This document shows, one piece after another, positions 25,991-39,214 of a stretch of DNA of 64,000 nt. Every line of letters starts with the position of its first letter. Within the stretch, counting starts at the first letter, position 1. The DNA lies in assembly GCF_006345805.1 (NCBI RefSeq), contig NC_042998.1, positions 165,912,001 to 165,976,000 on the forward strand. The letters are read 5' to 3'. The translations under genes and the position numbers were made by a program. The notes under the pieces were generated by a model. That model ran no database searches. It worked only from the letters and a program-made list of their open reading frames with translations, and was not told the DNA's origin. The DNA comes from Octopus sinensis (Eukaryota).

Positions 25991-28429
25991 TATTATTGGC
26001 AAATACAAAAAAATCATTCAACCATCAATGTACTTTACAGTATTACAGTAAATTCTCTTTGTTTTGAATTCAACTTTTGTTGAGGTTTACTTAAACTTTT
26101 ACTCCTTGGTATCAATAAAATATGTACCAGTAATATTTTAGATGATTGAATCACTCATACCCCTGCCCTATTATAATTACTTCTTACATTGACATAAGAA
26201 CACAGATTTCTGTACCAGAAAATTTAGTAAATATTTGTGTGCTATAATGACAACATACTTGTCATTCTCTTAACTAACCAAACTAGGGCTTAGATTTGTG
26301 ATAAATTGAAATGGTATAAATACAAATTGGTGAGACTGAAAATGACGTAATAGTTTTACGAGTTGCTGTCTGATTAAACAAGGCATAGAAATGGGATAGG
26401 ACCACAGAGCTTAATAGCTGAGTTCTTTTGCCTAGTGACTGAAGTTTTCTCTCTTATCTTTACCAATATCTTTTTTCTTCCTTTCCTTTTAATGAACAGC
26501 CACATTAACAGTGTTTCACACAGCAATGAATTTTTATAAAAGTGAAAAGTTTGTAATGCCAGGAAAAATGAAATAAGCATAATGTTCTTGCTCTGCATTT
26601 ATACAAGAAATTATATTAAAATCAGCAAAGGCATTTGGGAATTAGGGACTCTCGGTCAGTGATTGGCAATCTTTTTAGTACCAGGAAAGAATTGCAAATT
26701 TAAAAGATCTTGTTAGGGGACTTCTGTGCTGAGACAAATAATGACTTGTTAATTTTATGGATTCATATCTGCAAAATATTTACTTGACACTAACAACATC
26801 CATGGAAATTCCAGTTATTTTGAAAACTATAAGATTATTTAAAGTTTAAAGAAAACCATGAAATATTTCTTGGGGAATTGTAGTTTATCTGAAATGTTTA
26901 ATTCTTGAGATGGTGTAAAGTCCCACAGTCTTAGGAGAAAGCATCTTTTGAAAACTGTTTTTTGTTATAAACTTATTTGTCACCTCTTCTATCATGAGAA
27001 TTTTTATCCATTATTTTTATCCGTACATCAAAGAATGAATGCACTCTAGAAAGAGCTACATATAATTGTTTCTGAGAAAAAAGTGGTTCACTTCTATTTG
27101 CCTTTCTAAGCTGTAAAAATTATTGAAAATGTAGTATATAATCAGTCTTAACTAGAGATCAAAATCAAGGGCATAATCTTTCTATAACATTTTCTTATGC
27201 TATAACTATGACTGTGTTGGTAACTATTTTACAAATTTTGTTGAACTCCATCCTTATTTTAATATCAGAGAAAAGTACTTTTGACTGGACTTGAATCCAC
27301 AGTCCCAGTAAACTGGGCTACTTTATTGAGCTGTGGAATCTAATAGAAAATATATTTATTCATACATATATCACAGTTAATTTTAAATATTTATCAGTCA
27401 GTTGATTTGTAAATAATATAAATGTTAGTATAATAGATTATGCTGTTGACTTCATTCCATTGCATAGTTTGTGTTACAATTGTAGACCACAAAAGGAAGA
27501 TTATCAATGATTTGGAGAGTCTACACTATTATTTTTATTGTAAAAAAAAAAGAGATTTACTACATTTTTTTTTTTTTTCAACCTCTATTATTGGTTAGTT
27601 GAAGACTTTATGATTGATTCTCTGCAAATGTTCACTCAAGCACATTTGTGCATGTGTACTATTAGAGAGGAGAGAAAGTGAATGTTTACAAGCATGAAAT
27701 ATATATGAAGCTTAATATCACCACTTGGGAATTGAACTGGATTGTAAGTTTGGATTATTAAGGGCTTTCTACTACTATATTAAAGCAACTGCACACAATA
27801 TACTTGGTATATGTGTGAAAACGGCTAGACTTGGCAAGTGCTGCAAAAGAAACTATAACCATTTGATCCTATAACAAGTAGTGTTAAAGGAAGCATATTC
27901 TATGAAGTAACTTATATAAAGGATAGTTATTAATCGTCTGAATTTATGTGCCACATGGCCTAGTGCAGTGGTTCTCAAATAATTAAATGCTAACCCCCTC
28001 CACCAAATATTAGGGAAATATTTTTATCCCCTTCACCTTTATTAATGAAAGACAAAATTGGGTTTGCAGTCATATAATTTTTCTTTCTTTGTTACTGTGT
28101 TGGACAAGTTAGGAAATCAACCATCTTAATTTTATTCAGCATAGCTATTTGCCTGCTTCCTTTGCAACTTCAGTTTCCAAGGTCCCACTCTATAAGAAAC
28201 ACTTGACTAGTGTTTCATTCAGTAACAACAAATAATGAATAACAGTTAGTGTAGCAATGGTAATTAATAATGAGCCACTTTAACTGGATTCATATTTTGT
28301 TAATTAGAGTTTGAGTTGGTATTGTTTTGAATTATTCCAAATTATTTCAATAAAACTGAAACTATTATTTTACAAGTACATTTGCTAAGTACACATTTTG
28401 TGTGTATTGTGTTCAACCAAAGCCATGGT

Positions 28430-28910
28430 TTAACCTTTTAGCACTCAGATTATTCTGTCAAATGTAATACTTATTCACATTGTTTTGAATTAGTCATGAA
28501 TTATCTTGTAGCTTCAAGATTTCAATGTTGTGATGGTTTCTTTTTAGAATGACATCATAGGGTAGATGTGAGAAGCCAGCTCTAGCTGGTCTGAACCAAA
28601 ATAGGTAGAATATTTGGACCACATAGACCAATTTAACCCTTTAGCATTTAAACCGGCCATATCCGGCCAAAAGTATTCTGTCTGTTTTATGGTCAAACTG
28701 GCCAGATCTGGTCTCTCACACCAACCCTACAATATAATTTTAAAAATTAACAGTTACCTCATCAAAATTTCATCGCTACAAGATAATGTATGATTAGTTC
28801 AAAACAATGTAGTCCAACCCATGCTAGCATGGAAAACGGACGCTAAACGATGATGATGTGGATAAAAAAGCATTAATTTTGGCAGAATAATGCGAACACT
28901 AAAGGGTTAA
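28430..28910. mobile_element. Two nested, oppositely oriented TTAA-MITE copies; the second carries a 46-bp RTE-tail insertion
   Basis: Copy 1 (+) 28430-28632; copy 2 (-) 28633-28910 with both termini intact; 28812-28857 is gtccaacccatgctagcatggaaaacggacgctaaacgatgatgat. Confidence 0.85.
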
Positions 28911-29362
28911 GGAAATGATTTTTTTCATGAGCTACCTTTTTTTTGCATGCTATTTAAAGCATTGGCCCTTAAAACCAGTGTTCTTTATTAACAGATAATG
29001 AAATAATTCACATTGTTGAAAAAAATATGGAAAATAAACTTCAGTTGAGATATTTATAGGTTTGAAGTTGAATTACCAAATTATTTCATTGGGTAATATT
29101 TCATGTTGTAACAATAAAACAACTGATGACAAAAATATAGTTTTTAAATGATACTGAAACAGCAAAAACTGAGCAATAAATTGATTAACATATTTCTTAA
29201 CAAATATGCTTTTGGCCCAAATCTTTTTCATGGATATAATAAAGCTGTTCTAATGGGGTTTTTTTTCTGTGTGATTGGAGTGTGAACTTTGTGCATTTCA
29301 AAATTCAACTATAATATTGGTGGGTTTTTGTTGTTAAAAGTATGTGTAGTCACTTAAATTGT

Positions 29363-29690
29363 GAGAGCACATGGCTTAGTGGTTAGGGTATTTAACTCAT
29401 GATTGTTAGGTCATAAGTTTGATAACTGGCAGCATGTTGTGTCCCTAAGCAAGACACTTTATTTCATGTTACTCCAGTATACTCAGCTGAAAAAAACATA
29501 TGTAGTGCTTTGTATTTCAAGGGGCCAGCCTTGTCACATTCTGTGTTGTCCTGAATCTCCCTGAGAATCACGTTAAGGGTATGTGTGTCTGTGGAGTGCT
29601 CAGCCACTTGCACATTAATTTTACAAGTAAGCTGTTCTGTTGATCGGATCAGCTGGAACACTTATCGTCATAACCGACCAAGTGCCAATT
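29363..29690 (+). mobile_element. tRNA-derived SINE, family 3 (CORE-like)
   Basis: A-box tggcttagtgg, tgtccctaagcaagacacttt CORE-like block; reverse copy at 53221-53547. Confidence 0.8.
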
Positions 29691-30349
29691 AGTCAATTGA
29701 ATTGATATTGATGTTACCAGTATTTGCTTTATTGGTTTTCAAAGCACAAGCCAAAGTTGACCAGTTCATCTCCAACAGAATTTTAATTTTAAACTGAAAC
29801 ATTTGAAACTAAGTACAGACATGCCCTATGTTCCAGCTACAGCAGGTTATGGTATTTTGCACATGACCACTAATTTTGGGATGCAGTCTGAAATTTCCCC
29901 CTTTGGAAACTCAGATAAATTTTAAGAATTTAAAGACCACACTTACTTCTTAGCCAAAAGCTGTTTCTCAGTATTTAAGCTAAGATCAAAGTATAGCTAA
30001 CAACTTGAGAAACTATAATAACAATACATGTATACATACCTGTGTGTTATGTGTATATGCAAGTGTTTGTGTATGCATCTTGCTAAACATTATGTATGAA
30101 GTGGAATTTTTCACTGCAAATATTTGTGTATATTTTCTTGAGTTGTTATGAATATCTCTGTATCTCTTTACCTTTCTGTGTGTATATATATTTATATCAA
30201 CTTGCACCATTATCAACACCAAGACCAATACAACCACCTCCATTACCAACCCACCAACTCATTAATGACCAACAACAACGGTAACAATAGTATGAACAAG
30301 ATAAGCAATTCCATCAAATTCAGAAGATATTGTGATACTTGCAAATAAC

Positions 30350-30680
30350 ATAAGATTTGAATAAGTCCTAGAGAATGATGTGGTTGAGTTGCTAATATCC
30401 CATAGAGGAAGTTTATCTCATGAAGAGCTGATGCTGTTGGAAGAGCAACCTGAGACTATGGAGATTTTACCAACTCCACTTAAATTAAGTGCAAAGAATA
30501 TTGCTAAAGAGTTGGCACTTTTTGAGGAAGATTTACAAGTTTTTGCTCATAACAACCTTAAGCATAAAAATTACAAGAAGAGTTTACCATGAGCTCAGTC
30601 CTTATACTGAGCTGTACAAAGAGATGTTATGCCATAAACATCAAGTAGATGTTGATGATAATGAACTGTAAGAGAGAAGA
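30350..30680 (+). mobile_element. Second Tigger/pogo-like transposase C-terminal remnant
   Basis: NDVVELLISHRGSLSHEELMLLEE...KLSAKNIAKELALFEEDLQVF resembles DVEELLxSHxEELTxEEL...FSLFEEALxVF. Confidence 0.55.
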
Positions 30681-32289
30681 TGATGTCCCTCATCTTCCCT
30701 GTAATTCTCATTCCACCCCTTCACACAGTAATCGACAAGTTTTGTAATAGGAACATAACCTATTATGGTATTATGATTTCTGTTTATTTCCTAATGTATT
30801 TCTCTTGAAACATATTTATCTATACATATTGTACTGTGTACATTTAGAAATTATGTTCATACATAAAAGTGGTTGTGTTGCTGGTTTTTTTGTTATTTTA
30901 TTGTTTTGGGGAAAAATCCATCAAACCACATTCTCACTTGATAACATGAAAATCAATGGGAAAATATATTTTCTGTTATGACAAGATTTTCAGGAATAGG
31001 TTATTTCCATAACACAGAGGATTTCTGTGTTGTAATATTATTTAGTTAGTCTGATGTTCTAGCACTTTAACTAGATTGTTGTGAAAGGTATTTATTGCAT
31101 GGTAACTTTGGTATACACTTGGTTAAAAAATTGAAATACGTTTTGGTTATTGTAATATTATTAACTAATTTTGTTTTTTGAGTTTCTTCATAAAAATTCC
31201 ATTTTGACATCTGAACTCGCAATACTAATTAGAATCAAATTTATCAACAATATTTAATATTTTGATATTATTTAATAATTCTAGTTTTACAAGACACTAA
31301 AATTTAGTTAACTATTTGGTTGTCAAGTGTGAGTTAGTTTGTCACTGTATCATAAGACTCTTGTCATTATAGCTAGATTAATTAGTCATATTGTAAATAA
31401 AAGCATTGGTATTAGATATAAAATCTGTCCCACCCATGCCAGCATGGAAGGCAGACGTGAAGCAGTTTATTAGAAATATGTGCAAATAACTGAATTTTTA
31501 GGTTTATTATATTACTTCTGATATTTAATGATTATAAAATGAGAGGGAATATTACTGCTAAGTTGAATGGATGTACACCATTCTTCATTTAAGTATTCTG
31601 AATATGCTTGCTGAAAATCCCTCCTGCTAACTGATAATTTTTAATACTCTACAGAATTAAATGCTTTTTAATGTTAATAGCTTCAGATAATTACTAGGAT
31701 TATAGCATTTTGGACAAATTTTATTGTTAGGGGATTTTTATTTTCATTTAAGTGGGGTTTTATTGTATTATCTATAAGACTGTTTTTGATCCTATTCTTA
31801 GTTCATCTTGCCCATATTTCATACAGTACAACTTCTTATCGAATCTGTTTATACCATCAAAATTTACACTTCAGAAGATAAGCTATCAAATGATCAATGG
31901 AGTTTCAGTCTTTTACTCATGTCAAAATAATCACTTGTTAAGGACCAATCTCTTTTGTTTTTGAGTGATTGCATTTTTTAATTTAATGAAGGAATTTAAA
32001 CTAATTTTGTTCAATTTTTCATTGTTAGATTTGCAATAACCTGGGCACTGTTTGTAATTCTTTTTTTTTTTGATAAAGTTTTATGCTTTTTTTTCTTTGA
32101 TAAATAAATAAAAGTTCAACTTATTATAAATAATAGATAAGCAGTTGATAGGGAAGGTAACAAAACGGTAGGTTTTACAAAGGCAAATGTGTGTATCTGT
32201 GTGTGTAAATTAATGGTGAATATTTACTTTGAACTTTCACCATTAAAATTGGTTTCTCGAAACATGTTTATTGTATTAACAACACAAAA

Positions 32290-32960
32290 TTATTAAGCTG
32301 GAAGACAGGCAGACAGATAGGGCCTTAAATATTCACTGGCAATTCCTTGGCTCTCGGATTTCCAGATCAATATACCAGCTGAACTTGCCTTTTATACACC
32401 CTGGGTACAAACAAACATCTCTAGCTTGGATATGAGATCTCTGGTCCTCATTAATTCCTTAAAGTTATTCATCTTTACTCCAATTTAGATGGAACATTCA
32501 TTATCACTGACTATCTGAACTCTACAGTAGTACATGATTTTTTTTATTGTCTCAGAATAACATCAGGCCTATTGTGTGTGCACCTGGTTGCTGTTTTATT
32601 GGAATGTTCAACCAATTCCTAATTTTTAAAGGTATGGATATGTTTCAGTCTGATGTACCTTTGGTATGGCTATCAGAACATTCCCTTTTGTGTATAGCAC
32701 TGTAAGTGGTTTTAGTAACAATGTTATGTCTCATGAGAAGGTAGTACTTTGCAGGCATCTTTGGACAGCTGTTGATGATGTGGGTAATATCTACCTTTCT
32801 CACACGATCAACATTTTATATAACATGGAAGCTTAAAGGTTTCCTTGTCTCCCTCATTGATGAAGTGTTTAATAGCTATTTCCTGTTGCCAGATAGCAAA
32901 AGCAAAGCCTTCTAGGAGAGATGTGATGTATCTACCACATCCAGTTAATGTTTCTGCTTG
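32290..32960 (-). mobile_element. R4/Dong-like non-LTR retrotransposon remnant (zinc knuckle and restriction-like endonuclease)
   Basis: Manual translation EGFAFAIWQQEI...C..C...HIINSCP...YLLMRHNIV...WLNIPIK...NRPDVIL matches the CCHC plus RHN plus RPD motif series. Confidence 0.7.
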
Positions 32961-33980
32961 TGTGTGTGTATGGATGAATGTGTGTATGCATGCATGTATG
33001 TATGCTTCTTAATGCAAGCTTTAAATGAGAGTAGAGAATGATCTAAAGTAGATAGAGAAACATTGAAATTTGATAAATTGTAGAGATTGAGTAAAGAAAC
33101 AGTAGCTCAAAGTAGACATTCAACCAGTTATCCTTATACATATTCATGTGTGCATATATGAATAGATATACACAGGACATTCATGTATATAGATATATAA
33201 ACAAATAATCATACACACAAATATGTACACATAAACACTCATACTTACATGTAGACACACTCCTCTCTCCCTCATAAAGATGTATGCATGCACATACATG
33301 TGTATGCATATACACACACACAGTAAATAGTGTGTCAAACCATACTTTTCAGTTCTGGCTCTTCACATTCTGAATCCTGAAGCAGAGGTAGTAGGTCTGT
33401 GCCATTTATTAATCAAAACACCACATCTAATACACAGTTGGCACTCTTTCTCTGAGATGTACACACACTTGCATGCACTCCCCCTCATACATGCATATAC
33501 TAACTGAAATACCAGGCATTGTCTGGAGTAAAAACTCATTGGATTAACATTATAGTGAATCAACATTGCATTGTGATGAAAATATGTCTGCAGGAACTGT
33601 TTCCTTTTCCAGTGAAAGTGTGAACTACCCTCATAGAACACAGGAAGTTATCATTCTAAAAAAAAATATCGTTAAGATTTAGAGGCAGGATTAATATGGA
33701 TTATGGATGAGTATTTTAGGACAAAGTTTTAGAGTTTTTAGAATTCAGGTTTACAGTTTAGGGTTAAATGGAGAAAAGGGATTCAAAATTATTTGCAAAT
33801 ATTTTCTTTGTGGAATTGTAATCTGCTAATTATAACAGAAATCCAAGTAAATTTTCTAAAATTGAAAGGGAGGGGAAATGTAGGGTACTAAGTCTGATAT
33901 TCTGCTGTTGTTTGTCTAGAAACTTATTATAACTTAAGTAAATTATGTTGTGACATTAACTTCAATTTCCTGTACTGTCA

Positions 33981-34009
33981 ACCTGGGCAACACCAGGTAT
34001 TCTGGCTAG
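33981..34009 (+). mobile_element. Helitron 3' terminus (hairpin plus CTAG)
   Basis: acctgg-gcaaca-ccaggt hairpin followed by attctggCTAG, similar to the ends at 37727 and 40971. Confidence 0.55.
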
Positions 34010-34010
34010 C

Positions 34011-34050
<40 letters not shown>

Positions 34051-34090
34051 ACATTTGTTGCAAAGAGTTCTGGTTATCGATATTGGAACT

Positions 34091-34313
34091 AAGCTGGCAA
34101 GTTAGCAGAATTGTTAGCATGTCAGGCAAAATGCTTAGTGGCATTTCGTCCATCTTTACATTCTTAGTTCAAATGCTTCCAGGGTCAACTTTGCTTTTCG
34201 TCCTTTAGGGATCAATAAAATAAGTATCTGTTGAGTACTGGGGTCGATATAATTGATTTGTACCAACTGCCTCCGAAATTGCACGCCTTGTGCCAAAATT
34301 TGAAACCAATATT
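34091..34313 (+). mobile_element. Family 2 SINE, full length
   Basis: Head ggcaagttagcagaattgttagc, central gggatcaataaaataagtatc, tail gtgccaaaatttgaaacc. Confidence 0.85.
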
Positions 34314-34709
34314 GGAAGCTAGTTATGGAAAACAGATGACAACATTTAGTTAGAATACAGAGAATAAAAAAGTGTAATGTGAGAAATCTATTTGTTTAAT
34401 TGTTTAAAACCAAACTACTCTCTATTTACTCTTCCTTCAACTCTCCAAAATAGAAAATCATCTTTATTGTTATATTAATATTTTTGTTGTGATTAATTAA
34501 AATAAATTGTTTGGCCAAGTTGTTCACAGCACCACAAAAACAATTTTGTTCTTTTGGAAGATTTGAGCATGTTTTGATTGGAGTTTTATTGTCATTCTTC
34601 AACATGTATTCGTTTCAATGGTCATTTTCCTTTTAACTCACTGTACATACTCTTGTCATTTTAGAGTGTCTAAAATATACACATTTCTACCATAAAGTAA
34701 TTATTTATA

Positions 34710-35053
34710 CAGTTCTATATTTAAGAGATGAGGAATTATGTACATTATTTACATTTGACGGATATTTGTCCTCATCTTGTTTGTTGTTAACACAACGTTT
34801 CGGCTCATGTACCCTCCAACCTTCATCAGGTGTCTTGGGGAAATTTCGAACCTGGGTACTCATTCCTAAGGTATTTTTCGATATTATTATTATTCAGGTC
34901 ACTGCTTGGAATTGAAAAATACCTTAGGAATGAGAACCCAGGTTCGAAATTTCCCCAAGACACCTGATGAAGGCTGGAGGGTATATCAGCTGAAACGTGT
35001 TAACAACAAACAAGATGAGGACAAATATCCATCAAATGTAAATAATGTAACTA
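34710..35053. mobile_element. Penelope-like inverted terminal repeat pair with hammerhead-like motifs
   Basis: Arm 34710-34881 is the reverse complement of about 34913-35053 around a (TAT)n spacer; each arm carries GACAC-CTGATGA...GAAAC. Confidence 0.75.
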
Positions 35054-35147
35054 TTTATCTTTGCAAGTATAGGAGATATGATTGTCCTTTGTTTTAATGA
35101 AAGATACTTGAAAGAAAGAAAACAAAGAAATACATTTTTTTGTCTAC

Positions 35148-35400
35148 TTATCATTTTATATCCACCTTTCCTGTTGGCATGGTTTAGATAGGTCATCACA
35201 GTTTGAGGCAGTTGTTATTCAAAGTTACTACCTTCATAGATAAGTTGGAGGACCACATCTTGCTTGACCTTTTTAATTTTGGCATGTTCTCTGGCTGGAT
35301 GTCCTTACCATCACCAATCACTTTACACTGTACTGAGTGCATTTTACTATAGCACCAGCACTTGAGAGATTGTCTTGTCCTTGACAAGACTAAAAATTTC
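35148..35400 (-). mobile_element. Old RTE 3' UTR copy
   Basis: Diverged match to the tail family (ctggatgtccttaccatcaccaatcac...gagtgcattttac). Confidence 0.55.
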
Positions 35401-37726
35401 TTTCAGCCCTACATTGTCTCTGCATGTTGACCAATCACTTTATGGAATGGACAAGGTGCATTTTAGCATGGCACTGGTATCTTGTATCTCAAAGTTAATG
35501 TGTCTGAGAAAGTGAGTGGAGAAAGTAATAATCACAGAAAATTAGCAGCAGGAGAGTGTGATAGAATGGGAGAAAGGGAGTGGTAGTTAGTAACAGAAGT
35601 GATGGATGTCAATAGTGAATGGTTTGACCAGTGGTGACTCATAGATAAAATTAGTGGGAGTGCTGCTTTAGAAATTTTTTAGTTTTTTTAATATTGTGTA
35701 AAAGGAAACAAACATATAAAATGATAATTTATACATAAACTTGATCGGTTCACATTTTAGCCACTGCTGGGTAGTGTATTTAATTTGTTCACTGAACACT
35801 GTTGCATATTCCCCTTTAAATCACAAAATAAGGTGGGGAAATGTGCTCTACACTTAATCATATTCAAGAATATAAACATATTTTTAAGCACAACACACGC
35901 AGAGTCAAAAAGAAACAATACTTTCACCTGGCACTGTCGTTCATGCAGTGCTCTCTCTCCCTTGTGTGAAGCGCACAATTCTATATTTTGTATTTTTTTC
36001 ATAAAATAGGGTATGGCTATTGACATTAAGCTTAAGGATTATATAACGCACAAGTATAAAGAAAAAATTGAAGAAAAAAAGGACTCATTATATTGAGTGT
36101 TATTGATAATATTTAGTGGAAATAGGGGGTGCTGCATATTCACAAGCCACCACAGGGTTTGACAGTAGAGAAAGTGATAATTGGCAATCCAGAAAGGGTG
36201 ATGGTATGTTTATTGAGTACAGCCTTCCTTAGTTACACCAGCAGAATACTACAACATAACTGACAAAATGGTCTTAAATATTTTAAAACATTCCATAGTG
36301 ACTTTAGTATTGTAGATTCTGATAAAATCTATTGTTTGAAATAAGAAGACTTACAATAGGAAACATTTTAGAGCAGTTTATAGCTATGAACTTTTTTCAT
36401 AAAAGGTATTTGTGATTATCTCTGTATCGGTAAAGGCATAATTAAAATCTTTCAAAAATCCAATTACTTGTGTACTTTTTGTAGTTCTTTCATTTGTCAA
36501 AGATATATTTTCTTTTCTTTTTTCTTCCATTTTTTTTCAATAATAACTAGTATGTGATATTTATTAAAAGTATTCTTTGCAAATGCTTTAAACTTTTTTG
36601 TATGTTTATTTGATATAATACTAAAACAAAGGAATGTTTGTTTATTTACATAATATAGGAAACCACTTCAATTAACTAATCAGTGGAAACAACATCATAG
36701 AAGTGTGTACCCTTGCATGGTGGAGGCCGACCTGCCTACCATCTACACCTCTTAGAACTTGATACTTGCTTGTATGCTTAGCATCTATCCACTCAATGTT
36801 CACCTGCAAACCTATGTTGGTAAGTGTCACTCTACTCAGAAATAATTGTGATTTGTGTACCTGTAATTTTGTTTGTTTGATTTGTTTTTTTTTTTCAAAC
36901 TATTTTGTTTTTAATCTTATTTTGATTTATTTCTTCCTATGTTTTAAGGGGAAATCATGAAAAAATGAACAATTGCCTCAGCTCAGTATTTTGATTTTTT
37001 TTTTATTTATTAGAGACCAGGTATATTTCTTTAAAGAAATCTTTTTTATAATCAGTACAGATTGGGACATGTTTAAAGTTGGTTGTATTTTTCAATGTTC
37101 CTAAAATCATGATTGAATCTGAAAAGTTAAAGCTGCACAGGTTTCCATGTGTGTGTGTGTGTATGTATAATATTAATACAAGGTGAATGGTTTAGAAGTT
37201 ACTGTCAATTAAATTGTTTGTATACTCATGGATAGATGATTTTTATTGAAATAAGATATTTTCTTCCTATATGAAATCAATAATCATGGATTAATTCTTT
37301 GATTATTTTCTACATATATGATCACAGACCAATCCACAAATATGGATATCAATGTAATCCTTTTTATGTTGAAATAATTATCAATTTTCCATTGATTTAA
37401 AAGATGAATGGATTAATCGAGGCAGATAAATAGCTTTGTATAATGTCAACACAATAACCTTATATTACCGTATATAAAAATGTTCTATATAGAATTGATT
37501 GAATAAATCACAGTATTATGACTTAAGTAATTTGGAATAATTGTTTTATGGTATGAAATATCTCAACAGAAAAATATTTATTGTTGAGTATATAAGTATT
37601 ACCTCTGGACAGTTGTAGTTTAGTGGTTTGAAACCAGTGATTGAAAAAATGAAATCACTTGAATATTTGAATCTGAAGAAATTTGCATTGTGTATGAGAC
37701 TCAACTAAATTAAATTTTATTCTATA

Positions 37727-38361
37727 CTAGCAGTATCGCCCGGCGTTGCTCGGGTTTGTAAGGGAAATAACTATATAAGCATTTTTAGAGAGTTATAGCC
37801 AAAAAATAGCAAAAAATGCATTAAAAATAGAAAAAATATGATGGTAAATTTTTTTTTAAATCGTTGACTCATCGTAGACATTTTTAGAGAGTTACTTCCC
37901 TTATATAATAGCGAAAAAATGCATTAAAATGGGAAAAAAACGATGGTAAATTTTTTTTAAATCGTAGACTCATGTAGACGCTTTCTTAGCCATTTCTGTT
38001 TTGGTGTCTTCAAGCCATGAAGTCGTTCTAAAAGAACACTGGTCTCCTTGACAACGCATTACGACGTTGATTTCCTTACACTCCCTTCCCCACAGGTGCA
38101 GGTGTGAGCGTGGACGCCAACTCCGCCGCCATCGACACACGAAAAATTATGCATTAAAATGGAATAAAAAATGATGTTAAATTATTTTTTAAATCGTAGA
38201 CTCATCGTAGACGCGCGCTAATATTCAGACGGGCTCGATATGAATCACGACTATAAGCTACCCGAATTTGGTTAAACTGTACCGCAAAATGTGGGAGTAG
38301 TTAGGAATCTAAATCGAAGGGGACAGACACTCACACAACTACAGTTTTATATATATATAGA
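37727..38361 (-). mobile_element. Non-autonomous Helitron
   Basis: Minus strand starts TC(tatatata), ends cccgagcaacgccggg hairpin plus CTAG, and sits between A and T; internal tandem subrepeats. Confidence 0.85.
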
Positions 38362-38374
38362 TATACATAGCGCA

Positions 38375-38790
38375 GTAGTGGTGAGATATGACAGCAAAGA
38401 AAAGCATACATTCACTCTCTGCATGCAATTAGACTCGGAAAGTTCGTGAGGAACCCATTGACCCAATTTGCTGACTTTTCCGATAGCACACAGGTGTCAA
38501 TGAATGGTTGAATGACCAAATCCAAGCTTCTCTGCTAGTTCCTCAACAGTTACGATGATATTTTGTTCCACCAGGGTTTTCAGGATGTCCTTGTCGAGTT
38601 CTACAGATCTTTCAGGATGAGGCTCGTCTTCTAGGCTGTAGTTTATGGCTCGGGATTTCTGGAACCACCATTGACACTGCCTTACGCTTATTGTCCAATC
38701 CCCATATACTGCATTAATATTTCTTGTACTTTGCACACATTTATATTCTGTTATTCTTTTATATGTTTCAGCCTTGAGGTTGTGGCCAGG
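38375..38790 (-). mobile_element. mariner transposase N-terminal (HTH) remnant
   Basis: RNINAVYGDWTISVRQCQWWFQK...SLEDEPHPERSVELDKDILKTLVEQN...TVEELAEKLGFGHSTIH then GKVSKLGQWVPHEL. Confidence 0.85.
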
Positions 38791-38799
38791 CTGGATCAT

Positions 38800-39065
38800 G
38801 TGTGTGTGTGTGTGTGTCTATCTGTCTGTCTGTCTGTATGTATATATGTATATGTATGTGTGTGAACAATAATATTTTCAACAGATGTGTTGCAAATGTA
38901 TCTGATTGTTCTCAAGCTTCAATACTGTGTGTGTGTGTATGTATGTATGTATATGTATGTATGTATGTATGTGTGTGTGTATGTATGTGTGTGTGTATGT
39001 GTGTGTATGTATGTATGTATGTATGTATGTATGTATGTATGTATGTATGTATGTATGTATGAGTG
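38800..39065. repeat. Compound (TG)n/(TATG)n microsatellite
   Basis: Directly visible. Confidence 0.95.
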
Positions 39066-39214
39066 TATGTTTACTTTATTACTAATTACTCTCTTCCAAG
39101 AACATTTTCACTCACTCTTAGCTCTTAGCTTCCCATACATTTTACTCATGTATCTATCAGCGTCATAGACAGAATACTTTCACTTTAGTCTTCCTCAAAT
39201 CACTCTGTCGCTAT

